Shown piece after piece: positions 1 to 9,646 of a stretch of 64,000 nucleotides of DNA. A model generated the notes under the pieces. It ran no database searches. It was not told where the DNA came from and saw nothing but the letters and a program-made list of their open reading frames with translations. The position numbers and the translations under genes were made by a program. Location of the stretch: positions 5,810-69,809 of the forward strand of contig JAQBYC010000004.1 of NCBI GenBank assembly GCA_027623205.1, read 5' to 3'. This stretch comes from Pseudomonadota bacterium. GTDB lineage: Bacteria > Pseudomonadota > Alphaproteobacteria > GCA-2731375. Numbering within the stretch: the stretch's first letter is position 1; every line of letters starts with the position of its first letter.

Positions 1-320
1 TGGTCGATCTCGATGGCATCCGAGAGGAGCGTTAGCCGCGCCATCAAGACGGCGTCGGAAATCGCCGTGTTGACATAGACAGGTTCCAGACCGTGCTTGT
101 CCGCCGGTCGAATATAACCAGTCAGGTTCTTGATAATACCCGCGACGTGCTTGCAATAGCCAATGATATCCTGAGCGTGCTCCTGGCCACGCGCCAAATC
201 GTTGCCGTCGCGAATGGCCTCGGCCGCGCCCAAGATAGCGTAGAGAGGGTTGTTGATTTCGTGCCCAATACCGCTGGCCAGCGTGCCCAATGCGGCCATC
301 TTCTCGGTCTGTATGAGGGC
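1..320 (-). pseudogene. Histidine kinase dimerisation/phospho-acceptor (HisKA) segment. It is partial (runs off the window) and lies in frame directly downstream of a TAG stop.
   Basis: The reverse-strand translation continues in the same frame after the TAG at 321-323: ALIQTEKMAALGTLASGIGHEINNPLYAILGAAEAIRDG... This is a typical H-box (EKMAALG..L..GI.HEINNPL). Confidence 0.6.
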
Positions 321-866
321 CTACTCTGCCTGCTCCTTGGCGGCAATCAATTCGGCCTCGGCCTGTTTCCGTGCTGTCACATCATGCAGCATCACCGTCA
401 GGATGGTCTCACCGTCCATCTCCAGCTTGGACACCGACGCCTCGGCGGGAAATTCCGAGCCGTCCGCGCGCACGCCGACAATCACGCTGCGCTCGGTCAT
501 TAACCGGCTTTGCTCGGGCGAGGCGCGGAAGTGCTTCATGTGACCGGCGTGCGCCGCCCGGAAGCGGGCGGGGATCAGCTCTTCCAGCGGCCGGCCGATG
601 ATGTCCGGGGCCCGGTGGCCGAACAGTTTCTCGGCTCCCGCATTGAAAACGCGGATCCTCGCGTCTTCGTCAACCGCGACAATGGCGTCTGGAGCGACGG
701 AAAGCATTCCCGCCAGCCGAAGCTCGCGGTTAACGACGGGGTCGCCGTGGCGCCTCTTGCCCTCCGGCGCCGCTACCCGGGCCTCATCAGCGCGCCGCGG
801 TTCCTCGATTGGCTGGTGACCGATGATCCCCTGGTCATTTGATTTCGGGTCGGTTCGGTCGGCCAT
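321..866 (-). CDS. PAS-domain sensor protein, the N-terminal part of a sensor histidine kinase. It ends at an in-frame amber codon.
   Basis: PAS-like sequence (SVAPDAIVAVDEDARIRVFNAGAEKLFGHRAPDIIGRPLEELIP...GSEFPAEASVSKLEMDGETILTVMLHDVTARKQAE) followed by a coiled-coil linker. ATG at 864-866 is preceded by GGAAGG. The ORF track start at 911 is also possible. Confidence 0.7.
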   Translation of the reverse strand: MADRTDPKSNDQGIIGHQPIEEPRRADEARVAAPEGKRRHGDPVVNRELRLAGMLSVAPDAIVAVDEDARIRVFNAGAEKLFGHRAPDIIGRPLEELIPARFRAAHAGHMKHFRASPEQSRLMTERSVIVGVRADGSEFPAEASVSKLEMDGETILTVMLHDVTARKQAEAELIAAKEQAE

Positions 867-1037
867 TTTCTCGCCTTCCCCTGGATTTTCGAGTTCACTC
901 AACCGACACAACCCGGACCAACGCCATATTCATCGTGATCGTAGCACACCGGCGCGCGCGCTGGTAACCATACGAGCCTTGAATAATCGGCTCGAAAGCG
1001 TTCCGGGTTATTCTGGCGCCAATTTGGAATCACACGG

Positions 1038-1064
1038 GTGACACTGTGGGGAAACTGCTATAAT
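1038..1064 (+). promoter_or_regulatory. Candidate sigma70-type promoter with an extended -10 (TGcTATAAT) for the MFS gene.
   Basis: TGCTATAAT at 1056-1064, about 72 nt upstream of the ATG at 1136. There is a weak -35-like GTGACA at 1038-1043. This rests on sequence pattern only. Confidence 0.3.
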
Positions 1065-1135
1065 TGGCCTTTGGCATCATCCGCACATCGGCCCTTCGGG
1101 CTTAGAACTGCTTTCTGGACGACCTCTTCTGTACA

Positions 1136-2401
1136 ATGAAATCACTGGCTCTGAGTATTAACCGCCGGGTCTTTTATGGCTGGGTCATTTTGGCCACGGC
1201 GGCCCTGGGTATCTTCGTTAGCGGCGCTGGACAATCCCATACTTTCAGCGTTTTCCTGGTTCACATCCAGGCCGATTTGGGCCTTTCCGCCACTTCGGTC
1301 TCGTCGGCCTACGCTTTCGCGACCCTGGTCGCGGCCTTTGGCCTGCCCTGGATGGGCCGCCTGGTGGACCGCCTGGGGCCGCGCCGCATGCTGTTGGTGG
1401 TCACCCTTTTGCTGGGCGTCGCCTGCCTGGCCTTCGGCGCCGCCGCCGGCTTTCTGTGGCTTGCGGTGGGCTTCGCCGCGCTGCGGTTCCTGGGCCAGGG
1501 CAGCTTGATGCTGAACTGTTCCAATCTGGTCTCCCATTGGTTCGACCGCCGCCGCGGCGTTGCCCTCAGCCTCATGGCCCTGGGGTTCTCCGCCTCCATG
1601 GCCGTCCATCCGCCGTTATCCCAATGGCTGATCGATACCGTCGGTTGGCGCCAGGCGTGGTTCTGGCTGGGCGCCAGCACCTGGCTGCTGTTGCTGCCGC
1701 CCGTGCTGTTCCTGGTTCACGACCGGCCGGAAAATCTGGGTTTGCAACCCGATGGCCATGGCAAAACCACAGCGCAGCATGGCGCCGCTACGGCGCAAGG
1801 ATTGACCCTGCGCGAAGCGCTGGCGACCAGTACGTTCTGGATCCTCTGCGCCGGCCTGTTTGGTCTGTCCATGCTGGTGACGTCATTACATTTTTTCCAG
1901 GTCTCGATCCTGACCACACAGGGTTTGAGCGAACCCGCGGCAGCGCGCATTTTTCCCATTTCGGCGCTGGTCATGGTCATTGCCATTCCCCTCGTCGGGC
2001 GCAGCCTGGACCGATTTCCCACGCACCGCGTGTTTGCCTTCGGCCTGGTCGTCATGGTCGGTTCCCTGGTCAGCGCGGCGCTGGTCCATGATCTGACCAC
2101 GGCGATGATTTATGCCTTTGCTTTCGGCCTGAACAACGGTTGTACCATGACCTTCTTCGGCTATCTGTGGCCGCGCTATTTCGGCCGCAAGCATCTGGGC
2201 GCCATTCAGGGCACCGGACAGATGATCGGCGTCATCGGCGCCTCTATCGGCCCCCTGCCCCTGGGCATCGCCTTTGATCTGACGGGCAGCTATCAAAGTA
2301 CCTTGTTGCTGCTGGCGATCTATCCGGCGGCCTGTGCCGTCGCCGCGCTTTTTCTGCGCACCCCGGCGCAATTATCGGCGCCGCCACCAGGCAATGGATA
2401 G
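1136..2401 (+). CDS. MFS transporter, resembling the oxalate/formate antiporter group.
   Basis: 421 aa and strongly hydrophobic, with about 12 predicted TM segments. It has the MFS loop motif GRLVDRLGPRRML. Confidence 0.8.
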   Translation: MKSLALSINRRVFYGWVILATAALGIFVSGAGQSHTFSVFLVHIQADLGLSATSVSSAYAFATLVAAFGLPWMGRLVDRLGPRRMLLVVTLLLGVACLAFGAAAGFLWLAVGFAALRFLGQGSLMLNCSNLVSHWFDRRRGVALSLMALGFSASMAVHPPLSQWLIDTVGWRQAWFWLGASTWLLLLPPVLFLVHDRPENLGLQPDGHGKTTAQHGAATAQGLTLREALATSTFWILCAGLFGLSMLVTSLHFFQVSILTTQGLSEPAAARIFPISALVMVIAIPLVGRSLDRFPTHRVFAFGLVVMVGSLVSAALVHDLTTAMIYAFAFGLNNGCTMTFFGYLWPRYFGRKHLGAIQGTGQMIGVIGASIGPLPLGIAFDLTGSYQSTLLLLAIYPAACAVAALFLRTPAQLSAPPPGNG

Positions 2402-2440
2402 AAGAAAAGCAGCGGCGCCCCATAAGGTCCGGGGCGCCGC
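2402..2440 (-). terminator. Intrinsic terminator downstream of metY. It sits between convergent genes and may act in both directions.
   Basis: Perfect 10-bp GC stem, GCGGCGCCCC (2412-2421) / GGGGCGCCGC (2431-2440), with a 9-nt loop. On the minus strand it is followed by GCUUUUCUUC. Confidence 0.7.
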
Positions 2441-2489
2441 CGTTACTCAGAATAGTTTCCAATCCCTTGGTCAGGCCCGGTCAGACCGG

Positions 2490-3806
2490 TCAGGCCGCAG
2501 CCTTCACCGCGGCCGCGGCGCGGTCCAGGGCCTGGGCCAAATCGGCGATAATATCGTCGATATGCTCTATCCCCACCGACAGACGCACATAGCCTTCGCT
2601 GACCCCGCTGGCCAATTGCTCCTCCAGGCTCAATTGCGAATGGGTGGTCGTGGCGGGATGGATCGCCAGGCTGCGGGCATCGCCGATATTGGCGACGTGA
2701 TAAAACAGCTCCAGCGCCTCAATGAAATGCCGCCCGGCCTCCAGACCACCCTTTAATTCCAGGCCGACCAGGCCGCCATAGCCGCCCTGCAAATAGGTAT
2801 CGGCCCGAACCCGATCCACCCCGGCCTGCAGGCTGGGATGGATCACGCGCGCGACCTGATCGTGGCGGTTCAGATATTCGGTCACGGCATCGGCATTGCG
2901 GCAATGTTCGCGAATGCGCAGGGGCAGGGTTTCCAGGCCCTGGATGGTTTGAAAAGCATTGAAGGGGCTCAACGCGGGGCCAAGATCGCGCAACAGGGTG
3001 ACCCGCGCCTTCAGAATGTAGGCGATGGGTCCGAGGGGCTTGACGGCCTGGGTCCAGACCGCGCCGTGATAGCTGGGATCGGGCTGGTTCAACAGCGGTT
3101 GGCGTTCCGGGTACGCCTCCCAATCGAAATTGCCGCCGTCAACGATCAGTCCGCCAATGGAGGTGCCGTGGCCGCCGATATACTTGGTGGTGGAATAGAC
3201 GATCACCGCGGCGCCGTGATCGAACGGGCGGCACAGGATCGGCGCCGCCGTGTTATCCATGATCAGGGGGATACCGACTTCGCGGCCAATATCCGCGACC
3301 TCCCGGATCGGAAAGACCGTCAATTTGGGGTTTGGCAGGGTTTCGGCGTAATAGGCGCGGGTTTTCCCGTCCGTGGCCCGGCGAAAATTCTCCGGATCCG
3401 CCGGGTCGACAAACCGCACTTCAATGCCCTGCTGCTTCAGGGTATTGGCGAACAGGTTCCAGGTGCCGCCGTAAAGGTCGGTGGAACTGACCACGTTGTC
3501 GCCCACCTGCGCAACATTCTGGATAGCCAGGGCGGAGGCCGCCTGCCCCGACGCTACGGCCAACGCGGCCGCCCCCCCCTCCAGCGCTGCAATACGTTGT
3601 TCCAGCACATTATTGGTCGGATTCATGATGCGGGTATAGATATTGCCCAACTCCTTCAGGGCAAACAGATTGGCCGCGTGTTCGGGACTGTCGAATTGGT
3701 ACGAGGTGGTTTGATAAATCGGCACGGCGACAGCGCCGGTGGTTGGATCCTGGCGGAAGCCCGCATGCAGGGCCAATGTTGCCGGGTTCTTGCTTTCAAT
3801 TGTCAT
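2490..3806 (-). CDS. metY: O-acetylhomoserine sulfhydrylase / aminocarboxypropyltransferase (PLP-dependent).
   Basis: NPATLALHAGFRQDPTTGAVAVPIYQTTSYQF...GNIYTRIMNPTNNVLEQRIAALEGG...YSTTKYIGGHG is typical of the MetY/Cys-Met-metabolism PLP family. The ATG at 3804-3806 has GGAG 6 nt upstream. The ORF track extends to 3878, and ATGs at 3812 and 3818 are alternatives. Confidence 0.9.
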   Translation of the reverse strand: MTIESKNPATLALHAGFRQDPTTGAVAVPIYQTTSYQFDSPEHAANLFALKELGNIYTRIMNPTNNVLEQRIAALEGGAAALAVASGQAASALAIQNVAQVGDNVVSSTDLYGGTWNLFANTLKQQGIEVRFVDPADPENFRRATDGKTRAYYAETLPNPKLTVFPIREVADIGREVGIPLIMDNTAAPILCRPFDHGAAVIVYSTTKYIGGHGTSIGGLIVDGGNFDWEAYPERQPLLNQPDPSYHGAVWTQAVKPLGPIAYILKARVTLLRDLGPALSPFNAFQTIQGLETLPLRIREHCRNADAVTEYLNRHDQVARVIHPSLQAGVDRVRADTYLQGGYGGLVGLELKGGLEAGRHFIEALELFYHVANIGDARSLAIHPATTTHSQLSLEEQLASGVSEGYVRLSVGIEHIDDIIADLAQALDRAAAAVKAAA

Positions 3807-3847
3807 CGTCATCTCCATGACTGTGTGGCGCCAGCCCGGTCCCAAAC

Positions 3848-3893
3848 AAAAAAACCGCCTCAGCATTCTCAAGCGCAAGCTTTTGCTGGGCGG
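3848..3893 (-). terminator. Leader terminator hairpin in the metY 5' UTR, a putative riboswitch expression platform.
   Basis: On the minus strand: CCGCCCAGCA...UGCUGAGGCGG followed by U7 (the A-run at 3848-3854 on the plus strand). It lies between the SAM-II-like element and the metY start codon. Confidence 0.6.
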
Positions 3894-3905
3894 TGGGTAC
3901 CGACC

Positions 3906-3953
3906 GGTTTAGCTGCATTTTTTTAGCGCCCGCAAGCTGGCTCAAATCGGCGC
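3906..3953 (-). promoter_or_regulatory. SAM-II (SAM-alpha)-like riboswitch aptamer candidate upstream of metY.
   Basis: The minus-strand RNA reads GCGCCGAUUUGAGCCAGCUUGCGGGCGCUAAAAAAAUGCAGCUAAACC. The GCGCC/GGCGC stem encloses a loop containing GAUUU and AGCUUG. The 3' A-rich tract plus GCAGCUAAA could form a pseudoknot with the loop. This resembles the SAM-II consensus as I remember it, and the context (an alphaproteobacterial methionine gene) is canonical. Confidence 0.5.
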
Positions 3954-4020
3954 AAGAGGTACTCTAGAGGAATTCTCAGGAGCAAGTCAATAATGGATTT
4001 AAACATGCCTATATCTTTAT

Positions 4021-4740
4021 GTGATATTGGCGATCCCCGCATTGGATTGCCAACCGCATGGGGCTATGGTGTTGGCAGACCGTAGTTTGGGCCGAGGACA
4101 ACATATAGTGACGGATTTTCCCTACACCAATGAACTGCGCGGCCTGTTTGCCGACCGCCTGCGGCGTTTTCAAAGACAGGCGCATGACGGCGCCGGCGAC
4201 CGCTTGAAACGGGCGGCCGTAACCATCACCCTGATCGACGACGGCAACGGGCAAACCGCCTTTGTCCTGACACGCCGTACGCCGCGGTTGTCATCGCACG
4301 CCGGGCAAAAGGCCCTGCCGGGCGGGCGCCTGGATGGGGACGAGACAGCCGCACAGGCCGGACTGCGTGAATTATCGGAAGAGATCAACCTGCATCTGGA
4401 GCCGGATGCCGTATTGGGCCTGTTGGACGATTACCCCACCCGGTCAGGCTATGTCATCACGCCGGTGGTGATCTGGGCCGGCCACGATGCCACCATGTCC
4501 CCCAACCCCGATGAAGTGGCCAAGATCATGCCGATCCCGCTAGCTGATCTGATCCGCCCGGATTCACCGGAATTCATCACCATTCCCGAAAGCGATCGGC
4601 CGGTGCTGCGGGTACGGTTTGGCGACGATCATGTACACGCGCCAACGGCGGCGGTGGTATATCAATTCTGTGAAGTTGCCATGCGCGGCCGGGCGATCCG
4701 GGTCGACCATCTGGAACAGCCGGTCTTTGCCTGGCGTTAA
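4021..4740 (+). CDS. NUDIX hydrolase of the CoA pyrophosphatase type.
   Basis: NUDIX box GGRLDGDETAAQAGLRELSEEINL, preceded by the CoA-pyrophosphatase-type motif LTRRTPRLSSHAGQKALPGG. The true start may be internal, for example M at 4063. Confidence 0.75.
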   Translation: MILAIPALDCQPHGAMVLADRSLGRGQHIVTDFPYTNELRGLFADRLRRFQRQAHDGAGDRLKRAAVTITLIDDGNGQTAFVLTRRTPRLSSHAGQKALPGGRLDGDETAAQAGLRELSEEINLHLEPDAVLGLLDDYPTRSGYVITPVVIWAGHDATMSPNPDEVAKIMPIPLADLIRPDSPEFITIPESDRPVLRVRFGDDHVHAPTAAVVYQFCEVAMRGRAIRVDHLEQPVFAWR

Positions 4741-4760
4741 TCCCGCCCGAGGAAACCATC

Positions 4761-5627
4761 ATGCCAAATATAATTCGGCCCAGACGCAGCGCCCTCTATA
4801 TGCCCGGCTCCAACGACCGGGCACTGGAAAAAGCCCGCAGCCTGCCCGCCGACATTCTGATCCTGGATCTGGAGGACGCCGTCGCGCCTGCTGCCAAGGC
4901 CACCGCGCGGGAGCAGGTCATCGCCGCCCTGGCCAAAGGCGGCTATGAACCACGGGAAGTGGTCATCCGCATAAACGGCCCCGCCACCCCTTGGCATGCG
5001 GACGATCTGGCCGCTGCCGCGGCGTCCCCCGCAGCTGCCGTCCTGCTGCCCAAGGTCGAAGGCGCCGGCCAGGTCCGCGCGGCGGCGGCGGCCCTGCCCG
5101 CGGGCATGGACCTGTGGTGCATGATCGAAACGCCGCTGGCCATCCTGCATGTGGAGGAGATCGCCGCCGCTTCGTCCAAAACCCGCTGTCTGGTCATGGG
5201 CACCTCGGATCTGGCCACGGATCTGAATGCCCTGCATACGCCGCATCGGGAACCTTTCACCACGGCGCTGTCCCTTTGTCTGTTGGCGGCCCGGGCCTAC
5301 GGTCTGGCGGCCCTGGACGGGGTCTATCTGGACCTGAAGAACGACCAAGGATACGAGGCTGCCTGCCACCAGGGCCGGCAGTTCGGTTTCGACGGCAAAA
5401 CCCTGATCCATCCGCGGCAGGTGGACCCGGCAAACCGGATTTTCGCGCCCTCCGACGATGATATCGCGGAAGCCGACATCATCGTCACCGCCTTCGAGGG
5501 GGCCCGGGCGGCGGGCAAGGGCGTGGTGGTCGTCAACGGACAGTTGGTGGAAAACCTCCATGTCGTGGCGGCCCGGCGCCTGCTGGCGCTGGCCGACGCC
5601 ATCAGCGCGCGGCAAAGGGGCGCATGA
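4761..5627 (+). CDS. HpcH/HpaI aldolase / citrate lyase beta-subunit-like (CitE-like) CoA-ester lyase.
   Basis: RSALYMPGSNDRALEKARSLPADILILDLEDAVAP...MIETP...GKTLIHPRQV are hallmark CitE / malyl-CoA lyase family motifs. Confidence 0.8.
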   Translation: MPNIIRPRRSALYMPGSNDRALEKARSLPADILILDLEDAVAPAAKATAREQVIAALAKGGYEPREVVIRINGPATPWHADDLAAAAASPAAAVLLPKVEGAGQVRAAAAALPAGMDLWCMIETPLAILHVEEIAAASSKTRCLVMGTSDLATDLNALHTPHREPFTTALSLCLLAARAYGLAALDGVYLDLKNDQGYEAACHQGRQFGFDGKTLIHPRQVDPANRIFAPSDDDIAEADIIVTAFEGARAAGKGVVVVNGQLVENLHVVAARRLLALADAISARQRGA

Positions 5628-6385
5628 CCATGACGCGCATCGTATTTGTAACCGGCGGGGCCAGCGGCATCGGCCTGGCCCTGGCCCGCCGCTTCGCCGA
5701 AGGCGGCGACCAGGTGGTGCTGGGCGATATCAGTGACGCGGCGGGGCGCGCCGCCGCTGCAACCATTGCCGGCGCCAGCTACCGCCATCTCGATGTTACG
5801 GATGCGGCCCAGATCGAACGAACCGTGGCGGCCCTGGAACAGGATTTGGGGGCCATCGACGTTCTGGTGAACTCCGCCGGTCTGCTACAGAACCGGGCCG
5901 AGACCGCGACCTTTCCCCTCGACGAACACGACCGGATTTGGGCCGTGAACTATCGCGGCAGCTACCTGATGTGCCGGGCCTGCGCGCCGCGCATGGCGGC
6001 GCGGCAAGACGGCGCTATTTTGAATATCGCCTCGGTCAACAGCTTCACGCCCCTGCCCTTGCCGGCCTATACCCCGACCAAGGCGGCGATTGATTCCCTG
6101 ACCAAGCTGCTGGCGGCGGAATTCGGCCCCGCCGGCGTGCGGGTGAACGCGGTGGCGCCCGGCTTTACCCTGACGCCCGCGCTGCAATCCAGAATCGACA
6201 GCGGCGACCGCGACCCCGCCGGCATGAAACGCCTCAGCACCCTGGGCCGACTGGTAAAGCCCGAAGAGGTCGCCGAAGCCGGCTATTTCCTCTGTTCCCC
6301 GGCCGCCTCGGCGATCACCGGCGTCAACCTTTTGGTGGACTGCGGCTTCATGGCGGCAATCAGCTACAATACTTATCCGAGTTGA
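5624..6385 (+). CDS. Short-chain dehydrogenase/reductase (SDR).
   Basis: TGGASGIG Rossmann motif, NSAG, and the YxxxK catalytic motif (YTPTKAAI). Its start overlaps the upstream stop (ATGA). Confidence 0.85.
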   Translation: MTMTRIVFVTGGASGIGLALARRFAEGGDQVVLGDISDAAGRAAAATIAGASYRHLDVTDAAQIERTVAALEQDLGAIDVLVNSAGLLQNRAETATFPLDEHDRIWAVNYRGSYLMCRACAPRMAARQDGAILNIASVNSFTPLPLPAYTPTKAAIDSLTKLLAAEFGPAGVRVNAVAPGFTLTPALQSRIDSGDRDPAGMKRLSTLGRLVKPEEVAEAGYFLCSPAASAITGVNLLVDCGFMAAISYNTYPS

Positions 6386-6981
6386 GCCGCCATCACGTCA
6401 GCCAAGCGTTCGTCTTCGGCCCGGCCCGTCGCGCGCAGTCCCGTGATGGCGCCCTGGAGATCCTCCGGCTTGCGGTTCTGACTTAATTTTGCCTTGCCTT
6501 CCATGCGGGTGATTTCAATCTCGAAAGTGACAATGCCGGCCAGCATGCCCTGTTCGTAGCTTTCCGGCAGCTCCATGCGCCAGGGCACATCGAAGCCGCT
6601 TTCCATGACCTCAACCAAATGCGCCTGTCTGGCTTTTTTTTGGTCCGCATCCTCGATCAGGCGCGGGCGGCCATAGACGTGCAGGGCGGTATAATTCCAG
6701 GTCGGCACGTTGGGCGCGTTTTTGTACCACGAGGGTGAGATATAGCCATGGGGGCCGCTGAAAATGGCCAGCACGTCACGGTTGGACTGAAAATGTTGCC
6801 ATTGCGGGTTGGCCTTGGCCATATGGCCATCCAAACGGCCACTAAAAAACAAAAATGGCAGGTGCGAGGCATGGGGCAGGCCGTCCCCATCCATGGTGAT
6901 CAACTGGGCAAATGGATTGTCGGCGATCAGAGCCTGCTGTTGGGACGGATCGTCCAGGGCAAAATGCGCGGGCGTGTACAT
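6373..6981 (-). CDS. FMN-binding negative transcriptional regulator, PaiB family.
   Basis: MYTPAHFALDD...NPFAQLIT...HLPF...GHMAKANPQW...ISPSWY matches the PaiB-family signature. 202 aa. Confidence 0.75.
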   Translation of the reverse strand: MYTPAHFALDDPSQQQALIADNPFAQLITMDGDGLPHASHLPFLFFSGRLDGHMAKANPQWQHFQSNRDVLAIFSGPHGYISPSWYKNAPNVPTWNYTALHVYGRPRLIEDADQKKARQAHLVEVMESGFDVPWRMELPESYEQGMLAGIVTFEIEITRMEGKAKLSQNRKPEDLQGAITGLRATGRAEDERLADVMAAQLG

Positions 6982-6992
6982 GCTCGTGGCTC

Positions 6993-7032
6993 CATAAAAT
7001 AAGCCGGGCCGCCGGTCTGATCCGGCGGCCCG
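6993..7032 (-). terminator. Intrinsic terminator downstream of sdhB.
   Basis: 11-bp GC stem, CGGGCCGCCGG (7005-7015) / CCGGCGGCCCG (7022-7032), with a 6-nt loop. The minus strand then reads CUUAUUUUAUGG. Confidence 0.7.
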
Positions 7033-7059
7033 ATGACGTTCATCAGTGTGGCCGGATCG

Positions 7060-7842
7060 TCAGACCTGGCGGCTCATCATCATTTTTTTGATCTCGGCGA
7101 TGGCTTTGGCCGGATTCAGGCCTTTCGGACAGGTATTCGTGCAATTCATGATGGTGTGGCATCGATACAGGCGGAACGGGTCTTCCAGACTGTCCAGACG
7201 CTCGCCCTGGCTTTCGTCCCGGCTGTCGATCAGCCAGCGATAGGCCTGCAACAACACGGCCGGGCCCAGATAACGGTCGCTGTTCCACCAATAGCTGGGG
7301 CAGGCCGTCGAACAACAGGCGCACAGGATGCATTCGTACAGGCCGTCGATCTGTTTTCGTTCCGCGGGGCTTTGCAGCCTTTCGCTATCGGGCGGCGCCG
7401 GCGACTGCGCCTCCAGCCATGGCTTAATCGAGGCATACTGGGCGTAAAAGTTGGATAGATCGCCAACCAGATCCTTGATGACCTCCAGATGCGGCAGGGG
7501 ATAGATTTTGACATCCCCCTTCACGTCGTCACAGGCCTTGGTGCAGGCCAGGGTGTTGGTGCCGTCGATATTCATGGCGCAGGAACCACAGATGCCCTCG
7601 CGGCAGGAGCGGCGGAAGGTCACGGTGGGATCAATCTCGTTCTTGATCTTGATCAGCGCGTCCAGAACCATGGGCCCGCATTCATCCATGTCCACCTCGT
7701 AGGTATCGAGGCGGGGATTTTCGCCGCTGTCGGGGTCATAGCGATAGACCTGAAAGCTGCGGACGTTCTTGGCCCCGGCCGCCGCCTTATGCGTCGTGCC
7801 GCCCTTGACCTTGGAATTGGCGGGCAGGTTGAACTCGACCAT
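7060..7842 (-). CDS. sdhB: Succinate dehydrogenase iron-sulfur subunit.
   Basis: [31 protein letters not shown] and [17 protein letters not shown] Fe-S cluster motifs. ATG at 7840-7842 with GAGGA upstream. The ORF track start at 7890 would overlap sdhA. Confidence 0.95.
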   Translation of the reverse strand: MVEFNLPANSKVKGGTTHKAAAGAKNVRSFQVYRYDPDSGENPRLDTYEVDMDECGPMVLDALIKIKNEIDPTVTFRRSCREGICGSCAMNIDGTNTLACTKACDDVKGDVKIYPLPHLEVIKDLVGDLSNFYAQYASIKPWLEAQSPAPPDSERLQSPAERKQIDGLYECILCACCSTACPSYWWNSDRYLGPAVLLQAYRWLIDSRDESQGERLDSLEDPFRLYRCHTIMNCTNTCPKGLNPAKAIAEIKKMMMSRQV

Positions 7843-7852
7843 ATCCGTATCC

Positions 7853-9643
7853 TCAATAAACCCGCGCTTTGGGCGGGAAATACTGCACATCGTCCGTCAG
7901 GGTATAGGCATGCACGGGGCGGTAATCGATTGTCACCTTGCCGTCATCGCCAAGCCAGGTCAGCGTATGCTTCATCCAGTTCTCGTCATCGCGGTCGGGA
8001 TAGTCCTCCCGCGCATGGCCGCCCCGGCTTTCCTTGCGGTTGGCCGCCGCGTGCATGGTCACCACCGCCTGGCGGACCAGATTGTCCAGTTCCAGGCTTT
8101 CAACCAGATCCGAGTTCCAGACCATCGAGCGGTCGGAGACGCCGATATCAGGCATCATTGCCCAAACCTCGTCGATCAGCTTCTGCCCTTCTTCCAATAC
8201 CTCGCCGGTGCGGAACACCGCGCAGTTGCTCTGCATGGTGCGCTGCATCCTGTCGCGGATCACGGCGGTGGAAGTGCCGCCCGAGGCATGGCGCATGGCG
8301 TCGAAACGCGCCATCACGGCAGCGTCGATGGATTTCGGCAGATCGGGCTGCGCGGCGCCCGGCGTCACCACTTCAGCCAGGCGCAGTCCGGCAGCACGGC
8401 CAAACACCACCAGATCGATCAACGAGTTGGAGCCGAGGCGATTGGCGCCATGCACCGAGACGCAGGCCGCCTCGCCCACCGCCATCAGGCCGGGGACGAT
8501 CGAATCCGGATCGCCATCCTTCAGGTTTACGACCTCGCCATGATAATTGGTCTGAATACCGCCCATGTTGTAATGCACCGTCGGCAACACCGGGATGGCT
8601 TCCTTGGTGACGTCCACGCCGGCAAAAATGCGCGCGGATTCCGCAATACCGGGCAGCCGCTCTTCGATCATCGCCGGGTCAAGATGATCCAGGTGCAACA
8701 GGATGTGATCCTTATTGGCGCCGATGCCGCGGCCTTCGCGAATTTCGATGGTCATGGAGCGGCTGACCACGTCCCGGCTGGCCAGGTCCTTGGCCGATGG
8801 CGCGTAGCGCTCCATGAAGCGTTCGCCCTCGCTGTTGACCAGAAAGCCGCCCTCGCCGCGCACCCCTTCGGTAATCAGGCAACCGGCGCCGTAAATCCCG
8901 GTGGGATGGAACTGCACGAACTCCATATCCTGCAACGGCAGGCCCGCCCGCAGCAGCATGGCATTGCCATCGCCGGTGCAGGTATGGGCCGAGGTGCAGG
9001 AGAAATAGGTCCGGCCATAGCCGCCCGTGGCCAGCACCACCGTTTGCGCCCGAAAACGGTGAATGGTGCCGTCTTCCAGGTTCCAGGTCATGACCCCGCG
9101 GCAGACGCCGTCTTCATCCATCAACAGGTCCATGGCGAAGTATTCGATGAAGAAGTCAGTATCGTAGCGCAGGGACTGCTGGTACAGGGTATGCAGGATG
9201 GCATGTCCGGTACGGTCGGCGGCCGCGCAGGTCCGCAACGCCGTGCCTTCGCCGTAGTTGGTGGTCATGCCGCCAAAGGCGCGTTGGTAAATCTTGCCTT
9301 CCTCGGTGCGCGAGAAGGGCAGCCCCATATGCTCCAATTCCAACACCGCGCGGGGCGCTTCGCGGCACATATATTCGATGGCGTCCTGATCGCCCAGCCA
9401 GTCCGAGCCCTTGACGGTGTCATACATGTGCCAGCGCCAATCGTCCGCGCCCATATTGCCCAAGGCCGCGGCGATACCACCCTGGGCGGCGACCGTATGG
9501 CTTCGGGTCGGGAAAACTTTCGAGATGCAGGCGGTTTTCAGTCCAGCCTGCGCCGCCCCCATGGTGGCCCGCAGGCCCGAACCGCCAGCCCCAACCACCA
9601 CCACATCATAGACATGGTCCTCAATCTCGTAGGCCTGCGACAT
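7853..9643 (-). CDS. sdhA: Succinate dehydrogenase flavoprotein subunit.
   Basis: [16 protein letters not shown]-binding motif, SHTVAAQGG (covalent FAD His) and a full-length SdhA-like sequence of 596 aa. Confidence 0.95.
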   Translation of the reverse strand: MSQAYEIEDHVYDVVVVGAGGSGLRATMGAAQAGLKTACISKVFPTRSHTVAAQGGIAAALGNMGADDWRWHMYDTVKGSDWLGDQDAIEYMCREAPRAVLELEHMGLPFSRTEEGKIYQRAFGGMTTNYGEGTALRTCAAADRTGHAILHTLYQQSLRYDTDFFIEYFAMDLLMDEDGVCRGVMTWNLEDGTIHRFRAQTVVLATGGYGRTYFSCTSAHTCTGDGNAMLLRAGLPLQDMEFVQFHPTGIYGAGCLITEGVRGEGGFLVNSEGERFMERYAPSAKDLASRDVVSRSMTIEIREGRGIGANKDHILLHLDHLDPAMIEERLPGIAESARIFAGVDVTKEAIPVLPTVHYNMGGIQTNYHGEVVNLKDGDPDSIVPGLMAVGEAACVSVHGANRLGSNSLIDLVVFGRAAGLRLAEVVTPGAAQPDLPKSIDAAVMARFDAMRHASGGTSTAVIRDRMQRTMQSNCAVFRTGEVLEEGQKLIDEVWAMMPDIGVSDRSMVWNSDLVESLELDNLVRQAVVTMHAAANRKESRGGHAREDYPDRDDENWMKHTLTWLGDDGKVTIDYRPVHAYTLTDDVQYFPPKARVY

Positions 9644-9646
9644 ACG

